From the NCBI GenBank assembly GCA_002336085.1, contig DDEH01000027.1, positions 1 through 45,672 of the forward strand: a DNA stretch of 45,672 nucleotides, given 5' to 3'. The stretch comes from Flavobacteriales bacterium UBA1959. GTDB taxonomy: Bacteria; Bacteroidota; Bacteroidia; Flavobacteriales_D; Sanyastnellaceae. Below the pieces are notes generated by a model. The model did no database searches and was not told the origin of the DNA. It saw only the letters and a list, made by a program, of their open reading frames with translations. Each line of letters begins with the position of its first letter. Position 1 is the first letter of the stretch. Below, one piece after another: positions 8,162 to 18,723 of this stretch. The position numbers and the translations under genes were made by a program.

Positions 8162-9617
8162 TGATAGAGAGGTGTGTAGTGGTTCCTGAACGGATATTGA
8201 ACAATTTTACAAAGCTATATTCTGAAGACTGAGCAGAACGAGAACGATAAATGAAAGTGTAATTTCCTGGCTGCAGCAAATACTGACCAGACGGATTTGA
8301 CTTGCCCGAGCTCCATTGATAAACCACGCGATGCTCGGCATCAATAACTTCGCCATACCCAATCGGGAAAGCACTCAATTGCAGATAACCCGGCTGAGGG
8401 ATACTGACTGGCGAAAGCTCGTTCTCATCAATCGAAACACTTTGGATCAAAACAGGTGGGTGCGTTGGAAAATACACGTCGTACATGCCCTCACGCAAAA
8501 GAACCTCAGAATTAATAGGGATTGCAATCAAAGGCAGGATGCTTCCTGACTCGAAAATTGTAATAGGAAGCGATTCGTAACCGTTCCGCAATCCACGAGC
8601 AAACTCGGCTCTAAAAGTTCCTTGCCCAGCGTTCTCAAACCGAACATGATTGTGCGCACGGGCCTTGAATCGGACGTCGTTGCGACGCAATGGAGGAATA
8701 GTGTGCACCACTAGATCATATGATGGTACAGGATCAATTTGAATGGTATCCGGCTTACCAAACACATTCAAGGTGTGCATCCACTGTCTCACGATTGACT
8801 TATCGTGTGCATCTAGCAAGGTGACACCTACATCTGTAATATGAGGCATCCCTTGGCCATTGATCAAATCCACTTCAAAAGAAGTGTCGTTGATGGCTTG
8901 ATCAATGACAATGTTCAATATTTCTTTAAAGGTTTCCGCATCTCCCGCATCGAAAAAATTTCCAACACAACGGAAAGTTTCCTTGTATTGATCTTCAATT
9001 CCGATGCCAATGATGAAAGGCTTTACGATGATGCCCTTTTGCTGGAGCATTTTAGACACTGCACAGGGATCTTCATCACACGCTTCAATTCCATCCGTGA
9101 TCAGTATAATCACCTTCCGTCCTTCAGAATCAGAAAAATCATCTGCTGCTCGCTGCAAGGAACGTGCAATGGGGGTGGTGCCGCGTGCTTGGAGACGAGT
9201 CAGAGCCTTGCGAATCAACAGATTATTTCCATGTGAAAAAGGAATGACCAATTCCGTGTCGTCGCAATCTTGCTTCCCTTCAATAAAACGTGTTTGGTGA
9301 CCATAGACACGAAGCCCTAGCTCCAGCCCAGGAATTCCATACAGCTCTTCCAACGATTCGGAAAGCAAGCGACTGGCAACTTCAATTTTTCGGTTGCCAT
9401 CCCAGAAGGCGTTCATACTATTGCTTGCGTCAAATACAAATAAAATTTCCGTTGAAGCCAATGGCTCTTCATTTTCCTGTTCTGTTGCAATTTGGCTCGA
9501 CAGTGAAGCCGGGATGAGACAAATACATACCAAAATCAAACTCCACACAGAACCACAGATTTCGCGATTAAGGAGAACTGGCAAGAAGCTCGAAGCTATA
9601 AATCTTGGCTTTGTCAT
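8154..9617 (-). CDS. Membrane-anchored or secreted von Willebrand factor A (vWA) domain protein
   Basis: It has an N-terminal hydrophobic anchor (VWSLILVCICLIPASL). The MIDAS motif is DxSxS in FVFDASNSM, with a downstream GTTPIA and ILITDG. About 250 aa at the C-terminus are unassigned. Confidence 0.8.
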   Translation of the reverse strand: MTKPRFIASSFLPVLLNREICGSVWSLILVCICLIPASLSSQIATEQENEEPLASTEILFVFDASNSMNAFWDGNRKIEVASRLLSESLEELYGIPGLELGLRVYGHQTRFIEGKQDCDDTELVIPFSHGNNLLIRKALTRLQARGTTPIARSLQRAADDFSDSEGRKVIILITDGIEACDEDPCAVSKMLQQKGIIVKPFIIGIGIEDQYKETFRCVGNFFDAGDAETFKEILNIVIDQAINDTSFEVDLINGQGMPHITDVGVTLLDAHDKSIVRQWMHTLNVFGKPDTIQIDPVPSYDLVVHTIPPLRRNDVRFKARAHNHVRFENAGQGTFRAEFARGLRNGYESLPITIFESGSILPLIAIPINSEVLLREGMYDVYFPTHPPVLIQSVSIDENELSPVSIPQPGYLQLSAFPIGYGEVIDAEHRVVYQWSSGKSNPSGQYLLQPGNYTFIYRSRSAQSSEYSFVKLFNIRSGTTTHLSING

Positions 9618-9655
9618 TTTGAGAGAATCAACAGCGCATCCAACGTGAATCGAAA

Positions 9656-10498
9656 TCAGTAGTCGCCAAGAGTTTCCTCCAATTGACCCAGTGCAGAGGC
9701 AAGTTGCTCATCATTCGGAGCAATCCCGTGCCATTCGTGCGTTCCTTCCATAAAGTCAACCCCTTTTCCCATTGCCGTTTTCATCAAAATGACCTGAGGC
9801 TGCCCGGACCCACGGGCACTTCTTGCTTGAGCTACAGCTCCTCGCAAAGCATCAAAGTCATGTCCATTACAGAGCGTTACGCCCCAGCCAAATGCCTTCC
9901 ATTTTTGAGCAAGATCACCCAAGCCCATCACCTCGTCCGTAGGTCCGTCAATCTGCTGACCATTGCAATCTACAAAGCTGATTAGATTATCTACTTGATG
10001 ATGCGCCGCATACATAGCAGCCTCCCAAATTTGTCCTTCTTGCAACTCTCCGTCACCGTGCAATGAAAAGACAGTAGCCTTCTCGTTGTTCAACTTCTTC
10101 ACTTGCGCCGCACCAATTGCCGCACTCAACCCTTGACCCAATGAACCCGATGCAATGCGAATGCCAGGCAGACCTTCTTCCACAGCCGGATGGCCTTGAA
10201 GGCGTGAATTGATTTTTCTAAAGGTTGCCAACTCGTTCACAGGAAAATATCCTCTGCGGGCCAAAATACTGTACCAAACAGGACTGATGTGTCCATTTGA
10301 TAAGAAAAATAGGTCCTCTCCAAATCCATTCATGTCAAACACATCTGGGTTCAATTCCATTTCTTCGAAAAATAGCAAAGTGAGGGCCTCGACGCATCCA
10401 AGACTTCCTCCAGGGTGACCTGAAGAAGCTCCGTGAACCATGCGAACGATGTCTCTTCGAACCTGAGACGCTATTTGTGGTAATGATGCAGTTGCCAT
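9656..10498 (-). CDS. Transketolase, N-terminal (thiamine diphosphate-binding) subunit of a split enzyme
   Basis: Motifs SGHPGGSLG, GSLGQGLSAAIG and the ThDP motif HGDGELQEGQIWEA. ATG 10498 is preferred over the ORF-track TTG at 10507. Confidence 0.85.
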   Translation of the reverse strand: MATASLPQIASQVRRDIVRMVHGASSGHPGGSLGCVEALTLLFFEEMELNPDVFDMNGFGEDLFFLSNGHISPVWYSILARRGYFPVNELATFRKINSRLQGHPAVEEGLPGIRIASGSLGQGLSAAIGAAQVKKLNNEKATVFSLHGDGELQEGQIWEAAMYAAHHQVDNLISFVDCNGQQIDGPTDEVMGLGDLAQKWKAFGWGVTLCNGHDFDALRGAVAQARSARGSGQPQVILMKTAMGKGVDFMEGTHEWHGIAPNDEQLASALGQLEETLGDY

Positions 10499-10533
10499 GA
10501 CAGTCAAACGGGATTAGGGTTGAATTGGTCTGT

Positions 10534-10541
10534 CAAAAATA
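10534..10541 (-). promoter_or_regulatory. -7 promoter-like motif (TATTTTTG on minus strand) upstream of the transketolase operon
   Basis: The plus strand reads CAAAAATA, so the minus strand reads TATTTTTG. It lies 35 nt upstream of ATG 10498 in the divergent intergenic region. Confidence 0.35.
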
Positions 10542-10609
10542 CCGCAGCTAAGTTGAGCGAGAGTCGGTTTGTTAAGAAAGTGTGAAAACCAATTTGTTCC
10601 GGTGAGCCT

Positions 10610-10617
10610 TACTTTTG
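10610..10617 (+). promoter_or_regulatory. -7 promoter-like motif TACTTTTG upstream of ychF
   Basis: Exact TAnnTTTG match 26 nt before ATG 10644. A TTTG lies at 10593-10596. Confidence 0.4.
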
Positions 10618-10643
10618 CTCCCTTACAACTGAAAAGAAATATC

Positions 10644-11741
10644 ATGGCGCTCAAATGTGGAATTGTAGGATTGCCCAATGTGGGGAAATCCACCTTATTC
10701 AATTGCCTTTCCAATGCAAAGGCCCAAAGTGCAAACTTTCCGTTCTGCACTATTGAGCCTAACGTTGGGGTGATCAGCGTTCCGGACCCTAGGCTTCAGC
10801 AATTGGCTGAAATTGTAAATCCTCAGAATGTCGTTCCCACCACTGTGGAAATCGTCGACATCGCTGGGCTTGTAAAAGGAGCGAGCAAAGGAGAGGGGCT
10901 CGGCAATAAGTTTCTTGGAAACATCCGCGAAACAGACGCCATCTTGCATGTTCTGCGCTGCTTCGATGACGACAATGTGGTGCATGTAGATGGCAGCGTC
11001 GATCCTATTAGAGACAAGGAGGTCATTGACATGGAGCTACAACTGAAAGACTTGGAGACCGTTGAAGCGCGCGCTCAAAAAGTGAAAAAAGCGGCCAAAA
11101 CTGGTGAAAAGGATGCCGTCAAAGCCGTTGGGTTCTACGACAAAGTAGTCAAGGCCTTGGAAGCTGGTCAATCTGCTCGATCCGTGGAACTTGATGAAAA
11201 AGAAGTGCCCATGATGAAAGAATTACAATTGCTCACAGCAAAGCCTGTAATGTATGTCTGCAATGTCGAAGAGGCTGCAGTCATCACGGGAAACGAGCAC
11301 GTAGATCGTGTTCGTGGCATCGCCGCTGCAGAAGGTGCATCTGTGATGATTATCGGAGCCGCCATTGAAGCAGACATTGCAGAGTTAGAAGATGCAGAGG
11401 AACGCACAATGTTCCTCGCAGACATTGGATTGGAAGAAGCAGGCGTAGCGAAATTGATCCGAAAGGCTTACGAGTTGCTGAATTTACAGACCTACTTCAC
11501 TGCTGGAGAAAAAGAGGTTCGAGCCTGGACGTTTCCCGAAGGAGCAACGGCTCCGCAGGCTGCGGGTGTTATTCACACCGATTTCGAAAAGGGGTTCATT
11601 CGCGCGGAGGTAATGAAGTTTGAAGATTTCATTTCCTTGGGCTCAGAAGCAGCCGTGAAAGAAGCAGGGAAGCTATCCATCGAAGGCAAGGAGTACGGGG
11701 TTCAGGACGGCAACATCATGCATTTCCGTTTCAATGTATGA
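10644..11741 (+). CDS. ychF: Ribosome-binding ATPase YchF (Obg-like)
   Basis: Walker [16 protein letters not shown], the G3 region VDIAGLV, NVEE, and a C-terminal TGS-like end ..[11 protein letters not shown]. The start is set at MALKCGIVG (ATG 10644). Confidence 0.95.
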   Translation: MALKCGIVGLPNVGKSTLFNCLSNAKAQSANFPFCTIEPNVGVISVPDPRLQQLAEIVNPQNVVPTTVEIVDIAGLVKGASKGEGLGNKFLGNIRETDAILHVLRCFDDDNVVHVDGSVDPIRDKEVIDMELQLKDLETVEARAQKVKKAAKTGEKDAVKAVGFYDKVVKALEAGQSARSVELDEKEVPMMKELQLLTAKPVMYVCNVEEAAVITGNEHVDRVRGIAAAEGASVMIIGAAIEADIAELEDAEERTMFLADIGLEEAGVAKLIRKAYELLNLQTYFTAGEKEVRAWTFPEGATAPQAAGVIHTDFEKGFIRAEVMKFEDFISLGSEAAVKEAGKLSIEGKEYGVQDGNIMHFRFNV

Positions 11742-11744
11742 GGC

Positions 11745-12212
11745 ATGAAATTATATTCAACGGTTTTTCTAAGCCTCACTTTTTTTCTTTTTGCTTGTAA
11801 ACCCTCCGCTCCAACTGAGCCAATCATAGAGATTCAAGTCGACCTTCCTCATTCCATTGAAGCCAAGTTGGAACAACAAACCGCGGCTTGGAATATTGGA
11901 GACATCAACGGATTCATGGAAAATGCCTACTGGAATAGTGATTCCTTAATATTTGTTGGCAGTCGCGGACTAACACATGGCTTCACACAGACCTTAGCGA
12001 ACTACAAACAGAGCTACTCGAATCACGAGGAGATGGGCCAGCTTACCTTCGAATTAATCGAATGGAGGCCTTTGGGGCCTGGCCATGGACTACTTGTTGG
12101 TTCCTGGCTCCTGAAAAGAGAAGCGGGACTGGAGAATCTCAACGGGCATTTTAGTCTGACTTGGGAATTGCAAGCGGCGGGATGGGTCATCATTGCAGAC
12201 CACAGCAGTTAG
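11745..12212 (+). CDS. Small lipoprotein with NTF2/SnoaL-like (DUF4440-type) fold
   Basis: The signal peptide has a lipobox (FFLFAC). The AAWNIGDINGFMENAYW pattern is typical of NTF2-like proteins. The assignment is tentative. Confidence 0.5.
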   Translation: MKLYSTVFLSLTFFLFACKPSAPTEPIIEIQVDLPHSIEAKLEQQTAAWNIGDINGFMENAYWNSDSLIFVGSRGLTHGFTQTLANYKQSYSNHEEMGQLTFELIEWRPLGPGHGLLVGSWLLKREAGLENLNGHFSLTWELQAAGWVIIADHSS

Positions 12213-12216
12213 TCAG

Positions 12217-12849
12217 ATGAGCGGAATTCTCACAATAATTCTGATCACTACAGGAATCGTTTCTTGGTGGAGTTTTCAGGATTCAAACCGCAAAGAAAAA
12301 CTCATGCTCAAACCCTTTGCTGTCGTTCAAAGGCAGGAATGGTATCGCATCCTTACCCATGGTTTCATCCATGCTGACACAACGCATTTATTTTTCAATC
12401 TCTTCGTTCTGTGGCAATTTGGATCTGCCGTAGAAAGTCGATTACTAATGAACACTGGAAATCCAGCCTTGTCGCTGCCCGGCAACTACTCGTTCGTTAT
12501 GCTGTATGTCGGTGGACTATTTATTGCTAGCCTCCCCGCTCTTTATAAGCATTCCCAAAACCCAGGTTATTCAAGTCTTGGAGCAAGCGGTGCTGTAAGC
12601 GCAGTTATGATGGCTTACATATTATACTTCCCGACATCAAAGCTTTTGCTTTTTTTCATTGTACCTATGCCCGCGTTTGTTGCAGGAATATTATTCTTTG
12701 CCTATGAATCGTTTATGAACAAAAAAGGCGGATCACGCATCGCTCACGATGCACACCTTTGGGGAGCACTTTTTGGAGCCGCATTTGCTTTTGCATCAGA
12801 TGACACAGTCCCTCAAGCATTGTTGCAGTCAATCCAATCCATCTTCTAA
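12217..12849 (+). CDS. Rhomboid-family intramembrane serine protease
   Basis: A polytopic membrane protein with HGFIHADTTHLFFN, the catalytic GxSG motif in GASGAVSAVMMAY, and a downstream His in AHDAHLWGALFG. Confidence 0.8.
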   Translation: MSGILTIILITTGIVSWWSFQDSNRKEKLMLKPFAVVQRQEWYRILTHGFIHADTTHLFFNLFVLWQFGSAVESRLLMNTGNPALSLPGNYSFVMLYVGGLFIASLPALYKHSQNPGYSSLGASGAVSAVMMAYILYFPTSKLLLFFIVPMPAFVAGILFFAYESFMNKKGGSRIAHDAHLWGALFGAAFAFASDDTVPQALLQSIQSIF

Positions 12850-12863
12850 GGCAAAATCTTGCT

Positions 12864-13187
12864 CTAATTCACGGCACCTGTTCGTGGCAAAATTCGGAAC
12901 AAATCCTCGTTGTCGCGCTTCATGAAGTAATGCTCACGAGCGAAGCGCTCGAGGCGTTGAGGATTTGACGACAAATCCTCTAATTGATCATACAAAGCGA
13001 CAATGGAATCTTCGTAGTGCCTTACCTGCCGTTCTTGGGCATTAATTTCCTGCTTACTCTTGACCAGATATATCAAATCGATATCGCTCACAAAAGTCAC
13101 CCAAAACAGCGCGATCAGCCCTGTGACAAGGTAGCGGTTCTGCTCGCCATTAAACTGTAATAGAAAAGACTTAAGCTTCTGTATCAT
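12864..13187 (-). CDS. FtsB/DivIC-like septum formation initiator
   Basis: A single TM segment (LVTGLIALFWVTFV) is followed by a coiled coil and the conserved tail RFAREHYFMKRDNEDLF. The start is set at ATG 13187 and overlaps the clpC 3' end by 17 nt. Confidence 0.65.
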   Translation of the reverse strand: MIQKLKSFLLQFNGEQNRYLVTGLIALFWVTFVSDIDLIYLVKSKQEINAQERQVRHYEDSIVALYDQLEDLSSNPQRLERFAREHYFMKRDNEDLFRILPRTGAVN

Positions 13188-15792
13188 CCGAAGAATCCTG
13201 ATCCTTAGACGACTCACTTTTCGCTTGTTCGCTTAAGACTTCCTCAGCGCCCTTTGGCAACGATAGAAATCCTCCCTTAACAACGCTGATGGACAGCGCA
13301 TCAGCATTCTTTTTGTAATCAGCTTTGAGCAAATCACCCTCCTGGATATTTGCGTTGATTATTTCTTCGGCAAAGGGATCCTCAAGATGTTTTTGAATGG
13401 CGCGCTTTAGCGGACGTGCTCCAAATTTCTCATCGTATCCCTGGTCAACTAAGTAATCCTTTGCTTTGGCAGTAACATCGATTCCATATCCCAAGCCTTC
13501 AATGCGATCAACGAGCGCCTTGAGCTCCAAATCTATGATGCTATGGATGTGGTCTCGACCAAGACTTTTAAAGACAACCACGTCGTCAATACGATTTAAA
13601 AATTCAGGACTAAATGCGCGTTTTAGTGCCGTTTGAATGACCGAATCACGGTTGGCATTTTCATTGTCCACGCGCGCTGTTGTCCCAAAGCCCACACCCG
13701 TTCCAAACTCGGCCAACTGTCTTGCACCGATGTTGGAGGTCATGATGATGACAGTGTTTCTAAAGTCAATTTTCCTTCCAAGACTATCGGTCATTTGTCC
13801 ATCATCAAGGGCCTGAAGCAGTAGGTTGAAAACATCTGGGTGAGCCTTCTCAATTTCATCAAGCAATACAATAGAGTAGGGGTACCTCCTGACTTTTTCC
13901 GTCAATTGTCCACCTTCCTCATATCCTACGTATCCAGGAGGCGCTCCAACCAATCTACTAATTGCAAACTTTTCCATGTACTCAGACATGTCAATGCGAA
14001 TCAGCGAGTCTTCTGAATCAAACATGAACCGCGAAAGGACTTTCGCCAATTGAGTTTTACCAACCCCTGTGGGGCCGAGGAAAATGAATGACCCGATGGG
14101 CTTGTTGGGGTCTTTTAATCCAGCACGATTGCGCTTGATTGCCCGGGATACACGAACAATCGCATCCTCTTGACCGATTACTTTGCCCTGTAAATCTTCA
14201 TTCATCCGAGCAAGCTTGCCTGATTCCTTCTCTGCAATTCGCTGCACTGGAATTCCTGTCATCATAGCTACTACATCACCCACGTGGTCCACTGTCACCG
14301 TTACACGTTTATTCTTGCTATCTTCTTCCCATTGGATTTTCGCTTTTTCCAAACGATCATTCAACGTACGCTCTGTGTCGCGCAATCGTGCGGCTTCCTC
14401 GTAACGTTGAGAACGAACAACACGAACTTTCTCCTCCTTAATTTTTTCTATTTCCTCTTCTATTTGAAGAATTTCATCCGGTACCGTGATGTTATTCAAA
14501 TGCACACGAGAACCTACTTCGTCCATTGCATCAATGGCCTTGTCCGGCAAGTGACGATCCGTGATGTAACGAGATGTTAGATTCACGCAGGCGGCAATGG
14601 CCTCGTCCGTATATGTGACACTATGGTGCTCCTCATACTTGTCTTTGATGTTGTTCAAGATTTGAAGCGTTTCCGTCACAGAAGTGGGCTCGACAAGTAC
14701 TTTTTGGAACCTTCGCTCCAAAGCGCCGTCTTTCTCAATATGCTGGCGATATTCATCCAAAGTAGTCGCTCCAACACATTGTATTTCACCGCGGGCGAGC
14801 GCCGGCTTGAACATATTGGAAGCGTCAAGCGAACCACTCGCGCCTCCTGCACCAACGATGGTGTGAATTTCATCAATGAACAAGATCACGTTGGGTGACT
14901 TTTCCAATTCATTCATTACCGCCTTCATGCGTTCTTCAAATTGACCGCGGTACTTTGTTCCGGCGACCAAAGAGGCTATGTCTAATGTAACGATACGCTT
15001 GTTGAACAAGACCCGACTCACTTTCTTCTCAATGATTCGCAGAGCAAGACCCTCTGCGATTGCACTTTTACCAACACCCGGCTCACCAATGAGGATAGGA
15101 TTGTTCTTTTTTCTTCTTGACAGAATCTGAGAAACGCGCTCAATCTCTTTTTGACGGCCGACAATGGCGTCAAGCCTTCCTTCCTCCGCCATTTTTGTGA
15201 GGTCCCGGCCAAAGTTATCCAGAACAGGTGTTTTACTCTTTGGATCAACTTTTCGGCTACCCGAACCTGGCCCACCAAGATTCTCTGCACTCGGCTCTTC
15301 ATCACTGCTATAGTCAGCAGCCTCTGCCTGAGGCGCGGACGGTCCCGTGCCATCTTCCTGAATGATGCTCTCGTACTCCTCTTTGGCAACTTCGTAATCA
15401 ATATTAAATGACCCCAGAGCTTTTGTCGCTACGTTATCTTCATCCTTCAAAACACTTAAAAGCAAATGCTCTGTCCCGATCAAGCTAGACTTGAAAATCT
15501 TGGCTTCGAGGTAAGTAATCTTAAGAATCTTCTCGGCTTGTTTCACCAAAGGAATGTTGCCCGCACCAATGGCTTTTCCCGTGGTGGGTCGAATGCTACC
15601 TTCGAGCACTTTGCGCAATTTTTGCAAATCGACGTTCAATCCCTCGAGTATGCGAACCGCTGTCCCTTCTCCTTCTCGAATAATGCCTAACAATAGGTGC
15701 TCGACTCCAATATAATTATGTCCCAGTCTCAGCGCTTCTTCTCGGCTGAAGGTGATGACGTCTTTGACCCGTGGTGAAAATTTTGCATCCAT
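13171..15792 (-). CDS. clpC: ClpC-type AAA+ chaperone (Clp protease ATP-binding subunit)
   Basis: It has an N-terminal double Clp repeat and two AAA+ modules. Walker A motifs are [10 protein letters not shown] and [11 protein letters not shown]. Walker B motifs are ILFIDEIH and [10 protein letters not shown]. The UVR-like linker reads [10 protein letters not shown]. Confidence 0.9.
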   Translation of the reverse strand: MDAKFSPRVKDVITFSREEALRLGHNYIGVEHLLLGIIREGEGTAVRILEGLNVDLQKLRKVLEGSIRPTTGKAIGAGNIPLVKQAEKILKITYLEAKIFKSSLIGTEHLLLSVLKDEDNVATKALGSFNIDYEVAKEEYESIIQEDGTGPSAPQAEAADYSSDEEPSAENLGGPGSGSRKVDPKSKTPVLDNFGRDLTKMAEEGRLDAIVGRQKEIERVSQILSRRKKNNPILIGEPGVGKSAIAEGLALRIIEKKVSRVLFNKRIVTLDIASLVAGTKYRGQFEERMKAVMNELEKSPNVILFIDEIHTIVGAGGASGSLDASNMFKPALARGEIQCVGATTLDEYRQHIEKDGALERRFQKVLVEPTSVTETLQILNNIKDKYEEHHSVTYTDEAIAACVNLTSRYITDRHLPDKAIDAMDEVGSRVHLNNITVPDEILQIEEEIEKIKEEKVRVVRSQRYEEAARLRDTERTLNDRLEKAKIQWEEDSKNKRVTVTVDHVGDVVAMMTGIPVQRIAEKESGKLARMNEDLQGKVIGQEDAIVRVSRAIKRNRAGLKDPNKPIGSFIFLGPTGVGKTQLAKVLSRFMFDSEDSLIRIDMSEYMEKFAISRLVGAPPGYVGYEEGGQLTEKVRRYPYSIVLLDEIEKAHPDVFNLLLQALDDGQMTDSLGRKIDFRNTVIIMTSNIGARQLAEFGTGVGFGTTARVDNENANRDSVIQTALKRAFSPEFLNRIDDVVVFKSLGRDHIHSIIDLELKALVDRIEGLGYGIDVTAKAKDYLVDQGYDEKFGARPLKRAIQKHLEDPFAEEIINANIQEGDLLKADYKKNADALSISVVKGGFLSLPKGAEEVLSEQAKSESSKDQDSSDDTEA

Positions 15793-16078
15793 GCTTTCAA
15801 GTGTCTATTCTTACCGGTTTTGTGGGTTTTGGCAACTCCTTTCGACCTTGCCTCGTGGGCAATTTGTTAATGCCCTTCACCCCAACTCTGTTCGAATCTA
15901 AAGCTACAACCCCTAAGTCCCCAACATCTAGCCGCTAAGATGGTTTATTCACATCGTATTGAAGAGATTTGTGAGTAATTGACGCCCATTTATAAGGCGC
16001 TAACGGGCCATGAATGCGTATTTTCGTATGCGCTCGAAATCGTAGAGATTTCAGTCGAATCATTCATACACCGATACG

Positions 16079-18613
16079 ATGGTAGAAGGAGAAAAGATCG
16101 TACAGATCAACATAGCAGATGAAATGAAGTCGGCCTACATCGATTACTCGATGTCGGTCATCGTGTCTAGGGCGCTGCCCGATGCACGAGACGGTCTAAA
16201 ACCCGTTCACCGAAGAGTGCTCTACGGCATGCTGGACTTGGGAGTTCTGTCCAATCGTGCCTACAAGAAAAGCGCTAGGATTGTAGGAGAGGTGCTGGGT
16301 AAGTATCACCCACACGGTGATAGCTCCGTCTACGATACGATGGTTCGAATGGCGCAAGATTGGTCTTTGCGTTATCCGATGGTGGACGGCCAGGGTAATT
16401 TTGGTAGCGTTGATGGTGATAATCCCGCGGCAATGAGATACACTGAGGCGCGCCTCAGGAAAGTTGCAGAGGAGATGCTCGATGATCTGGACAAAGACAC
16501 GGTTGAATTCCGACCCAACTTTGACGAGAGCTTAAAGGAACCCACAGTGCTTCCAGCAAAGCTGCCCAATTTGCTCGTGAATGGAGCATCCGGCATCGCC
16601 GTCGGCATGGCAACCAATATGCCGCCGCATAACCTAACAGAGGTTATCAATGGAACCATTGCCTATATCGAAAACAATGAAATCACCATTGAAGAACTCA
16701 TTGAGCACATCAAGGCGCCAGACTTTCCAACAGGTGGAATCATTCATGGGGTAGAGGGTGTTCACGAGGCTTTTCATACCGGTCGAGGCAAGGTGGTAGT
16801 CCGAGGGCGGGCAACGATTGAAGAAACCAAATCCGGGCGTGAAGTCATCATTGTGGAAGAGATTCCTTATATGGTGAACAAAGCAGACATGGTGCGAAAG
16901 ACGGCCGAGCTCGTCAATGACAAAAGGATAGAAGGTATTTCTGAAATACGGGACGAGTCAGACAGGAAGGGAATGCGCGTGGTTTATGAAATCAAGCGTG
17001 ATGCAATGGCAAGTGTAGTGTTAAACAAACTTTATAAGTACACTGCCCTACAAAGCTCATTTTCAGTCAATAACATCTGCCTAGTAAAAGGCCGCCCACA
17101 GTTATTAAACCTCAAAGGACTAATCTCCAATTTCGTTGAACATCGTCATGAAGTAGTGACGAGACGCACGCAATTTGAATTGCGCAAGGCGCAAGAGCGA
17201 GCACATATCCTTCAAGGATTAATCATTGCGCTCGAAAACCTTGATGACGTCATCGCATTGATTCGTGCAAGCGGGACTCCAGAGGAAGCCCGAAACGGAC
17301 TCATGAAGACCTTCGAGTTGTCCGAGCGTCAGGCACGTGCCATATTGGATATGCGGCTCCAAAAACTCACAGGTCTTGAGCGTGATAAGCTGCGCGCCGA
17401 ATTTGATGAGTTGATGGCAGCCATAGAAGATCTTGAAGACATTTTGGCCCGCTTCGAACGCCGCATGGAAATTGTCACAAACGAATTGATTGATATCAAG
17501 GAACGTTTTGGCGATGACCGACGAAGTATTATCGAGTTTAGCAGCGCGGACGTTCGTATGGAAGATTTAATCGCAGACGAACAAGTCATTGTGAGCATAA
17601 GCCATGCAGGCTACATCAAACGCACGCGACTGGCCGATTACCGTTCACAGAGTCGGGGAGGTGTAGGATCGAAAGGTGCTACAACACGTGATGAAGACTT
17701 CGTTGAAAACATCTTCGCTGCGACCAACCACAATTGGCTGCTCATTTTCACAGCGAAGGGACGGTGTTTTTGGATTCGGATATACGAATTGCCAGAAGGT
17801 TCGAAAATTTCCAAGGGAAGAGCAATTCAAAACTTGATAAATATTGAGCCAGACGATAAAATTCTGACTTACATACCAGTAACTGACCTCAAAGACGAAG
17901 ACTACGCCAACAGTAACTTTGTGGTTCTTGCTACACGTAAAGGATTGATCAAGAAAACCACGCTTGCAGCTTATTCACGTCCAAGATCGAATGGAATCAA
18001 CGCCATCACCATCCGTGAAGGTGATGAATTGCTCACAGCGCGGCTGACCAATGGTGATAATGAGATTATCATCGGCAAGAAATCTGGAAAAGCAATTCGT
18101 TTCCATGAAAGCACAGCGCGTGCCGTGGGCCGAACTGCCATGGGAGTAAAGGGAGTAACCTTAGAGAGCCCAGACGATGAAGTCATTGGAATGGTCTGCG
18201 TCCGAGGCTTGGACTCCGAAATTCTGGTCGTATCCGAGAATGGATACGGCAAACGCTCTGCAGTTACAGATTACCGCATCACCAATCGGGGCGGAAAAGG
18301 TGTCAAAACCTTAAGCGTGACTGAAAAAACCGGAAATCTCATCAGCATCTTAAACGTTACCGATGAAGATGACTTGATGATCATCAACCGCTCGGGCATC
18401 ACAATCCGAACCGGGGTGGAGGAGCTGCGCGTAATGGGGCGCGCTACACAAGGCGTGAAGCTCATTTCACTGAGAGGCGATGATCAAATTGCATCGGTTT
18501 GCCGCGTTCCAAAAGGTGATGAAGAAGACGATCTTGAATCAGACAACCCGGAAGAGTCTTCTGAAGAATCAAATGATAATCAGACAACCGAGGATTCACC
18601 AAGCGATTCTTGA
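16079..18613 (+). CDS. gyrA: DNA gyrase subunit A
   Basis: Motifs include [16 protein letters not shown], the QRDR segment [17 protein letters not shown], the catalytic Tyr in [10 protein letters not shown], and a GyrA-box-like [10 protein letters not shown]. It ends in an acidic tail. Confidence 0.97.
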   Translation: MVEGEKIVQINIADEMKSAYIDYSMSVIVSRALPDARDGLKPVHRRVLYGMLDLGVLSNRAYKKSARIVGEVLGKYHPHGDSSVYDTMVRMAQDWSLRYPMVDGQGNFGSVDGDNPAAMRYTEARLRKVAEEMLDDLDKDTVEFRPNFDESLKEPTVLPAKLPNLLVNGASGIAVGMATNMPPHNLTEVINGTIAYIENNEITIEELIEHIKAPDFPTGGIIHGVEGVHEAFHTGRGKVVVRGRATIEETKSGREVIIVEEIPYMVNKADMVRKTAELVNDKRIEGISEIRDESDRKGMRVVYEIKRDAMASVVLNKLYKYTALQSSFSVNNICLVKGRPQLLNLKGLISNFVEHRHEVVTRRTQFELRKAQERAHILQGLIIALENLDDVIALIRASGTPEEARNGLMKTFELSERQARAILDMRLQKLTGLERDKLRAEFDELMAAIEDLEDILARFERRMEIVTNELIDIKERFGDDRRSIIEFSSADVRMEDLIADEQVIVSISHAGYIKRTRLADYRSQSRGGVGSKGATTRDEDFVENIFAATNHNWLLIFTAKGRCFWIRIYELPEGSKISKGRAIQNLINIEPDDKILTYIPVTDLKDEDYANSNFVVLATRKGLIKKTTLAAYSRPRSNGINAITIREGDELLTARLTNGDNEIIIGKKSGKAIRFHESTARAVGRTAMGVKGVTLESPDDEVIGMVCVRGLDSEILVVSENGYGKRSAVTDYRITNRGGKGVKTLSVTEKTGNLISILNVTDEDDLMIINRSGITIRTGVEELRVMGRATQGVKLISLRGDDQIASVCRVPKGDEEDDLESDNPEESSEESNDNQTTEDSPSDS

Positions 18614-18615
18614 TC

Positions 18616-18703
18616 AAGAAGAATAATGATTTCGTGCATTAATTGAAAGAGTGGCATTAATTTTGTTCTTCTTAAATAATAGAACCATTTAGCTGCGCAG
18701 CTA
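18616..18703. repeat. Nested inverted and direct repeats downstream of gyrA
   Basis: AAGAAGAA (18616-18623) is complementary to TTCTTCTT (18666-18673). The pair brackets two copies of GCATTAATT (18636-18644 and 18654-18662). A perfect 14-bp palindrome TAGCTGCGCAGCTA follows at 18690-18703. Confidence 0.6.
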
Positions 18704-18723
18704 TTGAATTAAAATACAAACCG

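Noticed and set aside
10514-10750. 78-aa minus-strand ORF in the tkt/ychF divergent region
   Set aside because: It overlaps the ychF start and the two promoter-like motifs and has no recognisable features.
13171-13217. Overlap of the ftsB-like gene with the clpC 3' end
   Set aside because: The overlap shrinks to 17 nt with the ATG 13187 start. This is ordinary gene compaction rather than a special feature.
18517-18613. Acidic Ser/Asp/Glu-rich tails on GyrA (..[32 protein letters not shown]) and ClpC (..[15 protein letters not shown], 13174-13230)
   Set aside because: Acidic GyrA tails are well known. No DNA-level repeat or other anomaly was seen. They are noted only as context for the PNPase tail.
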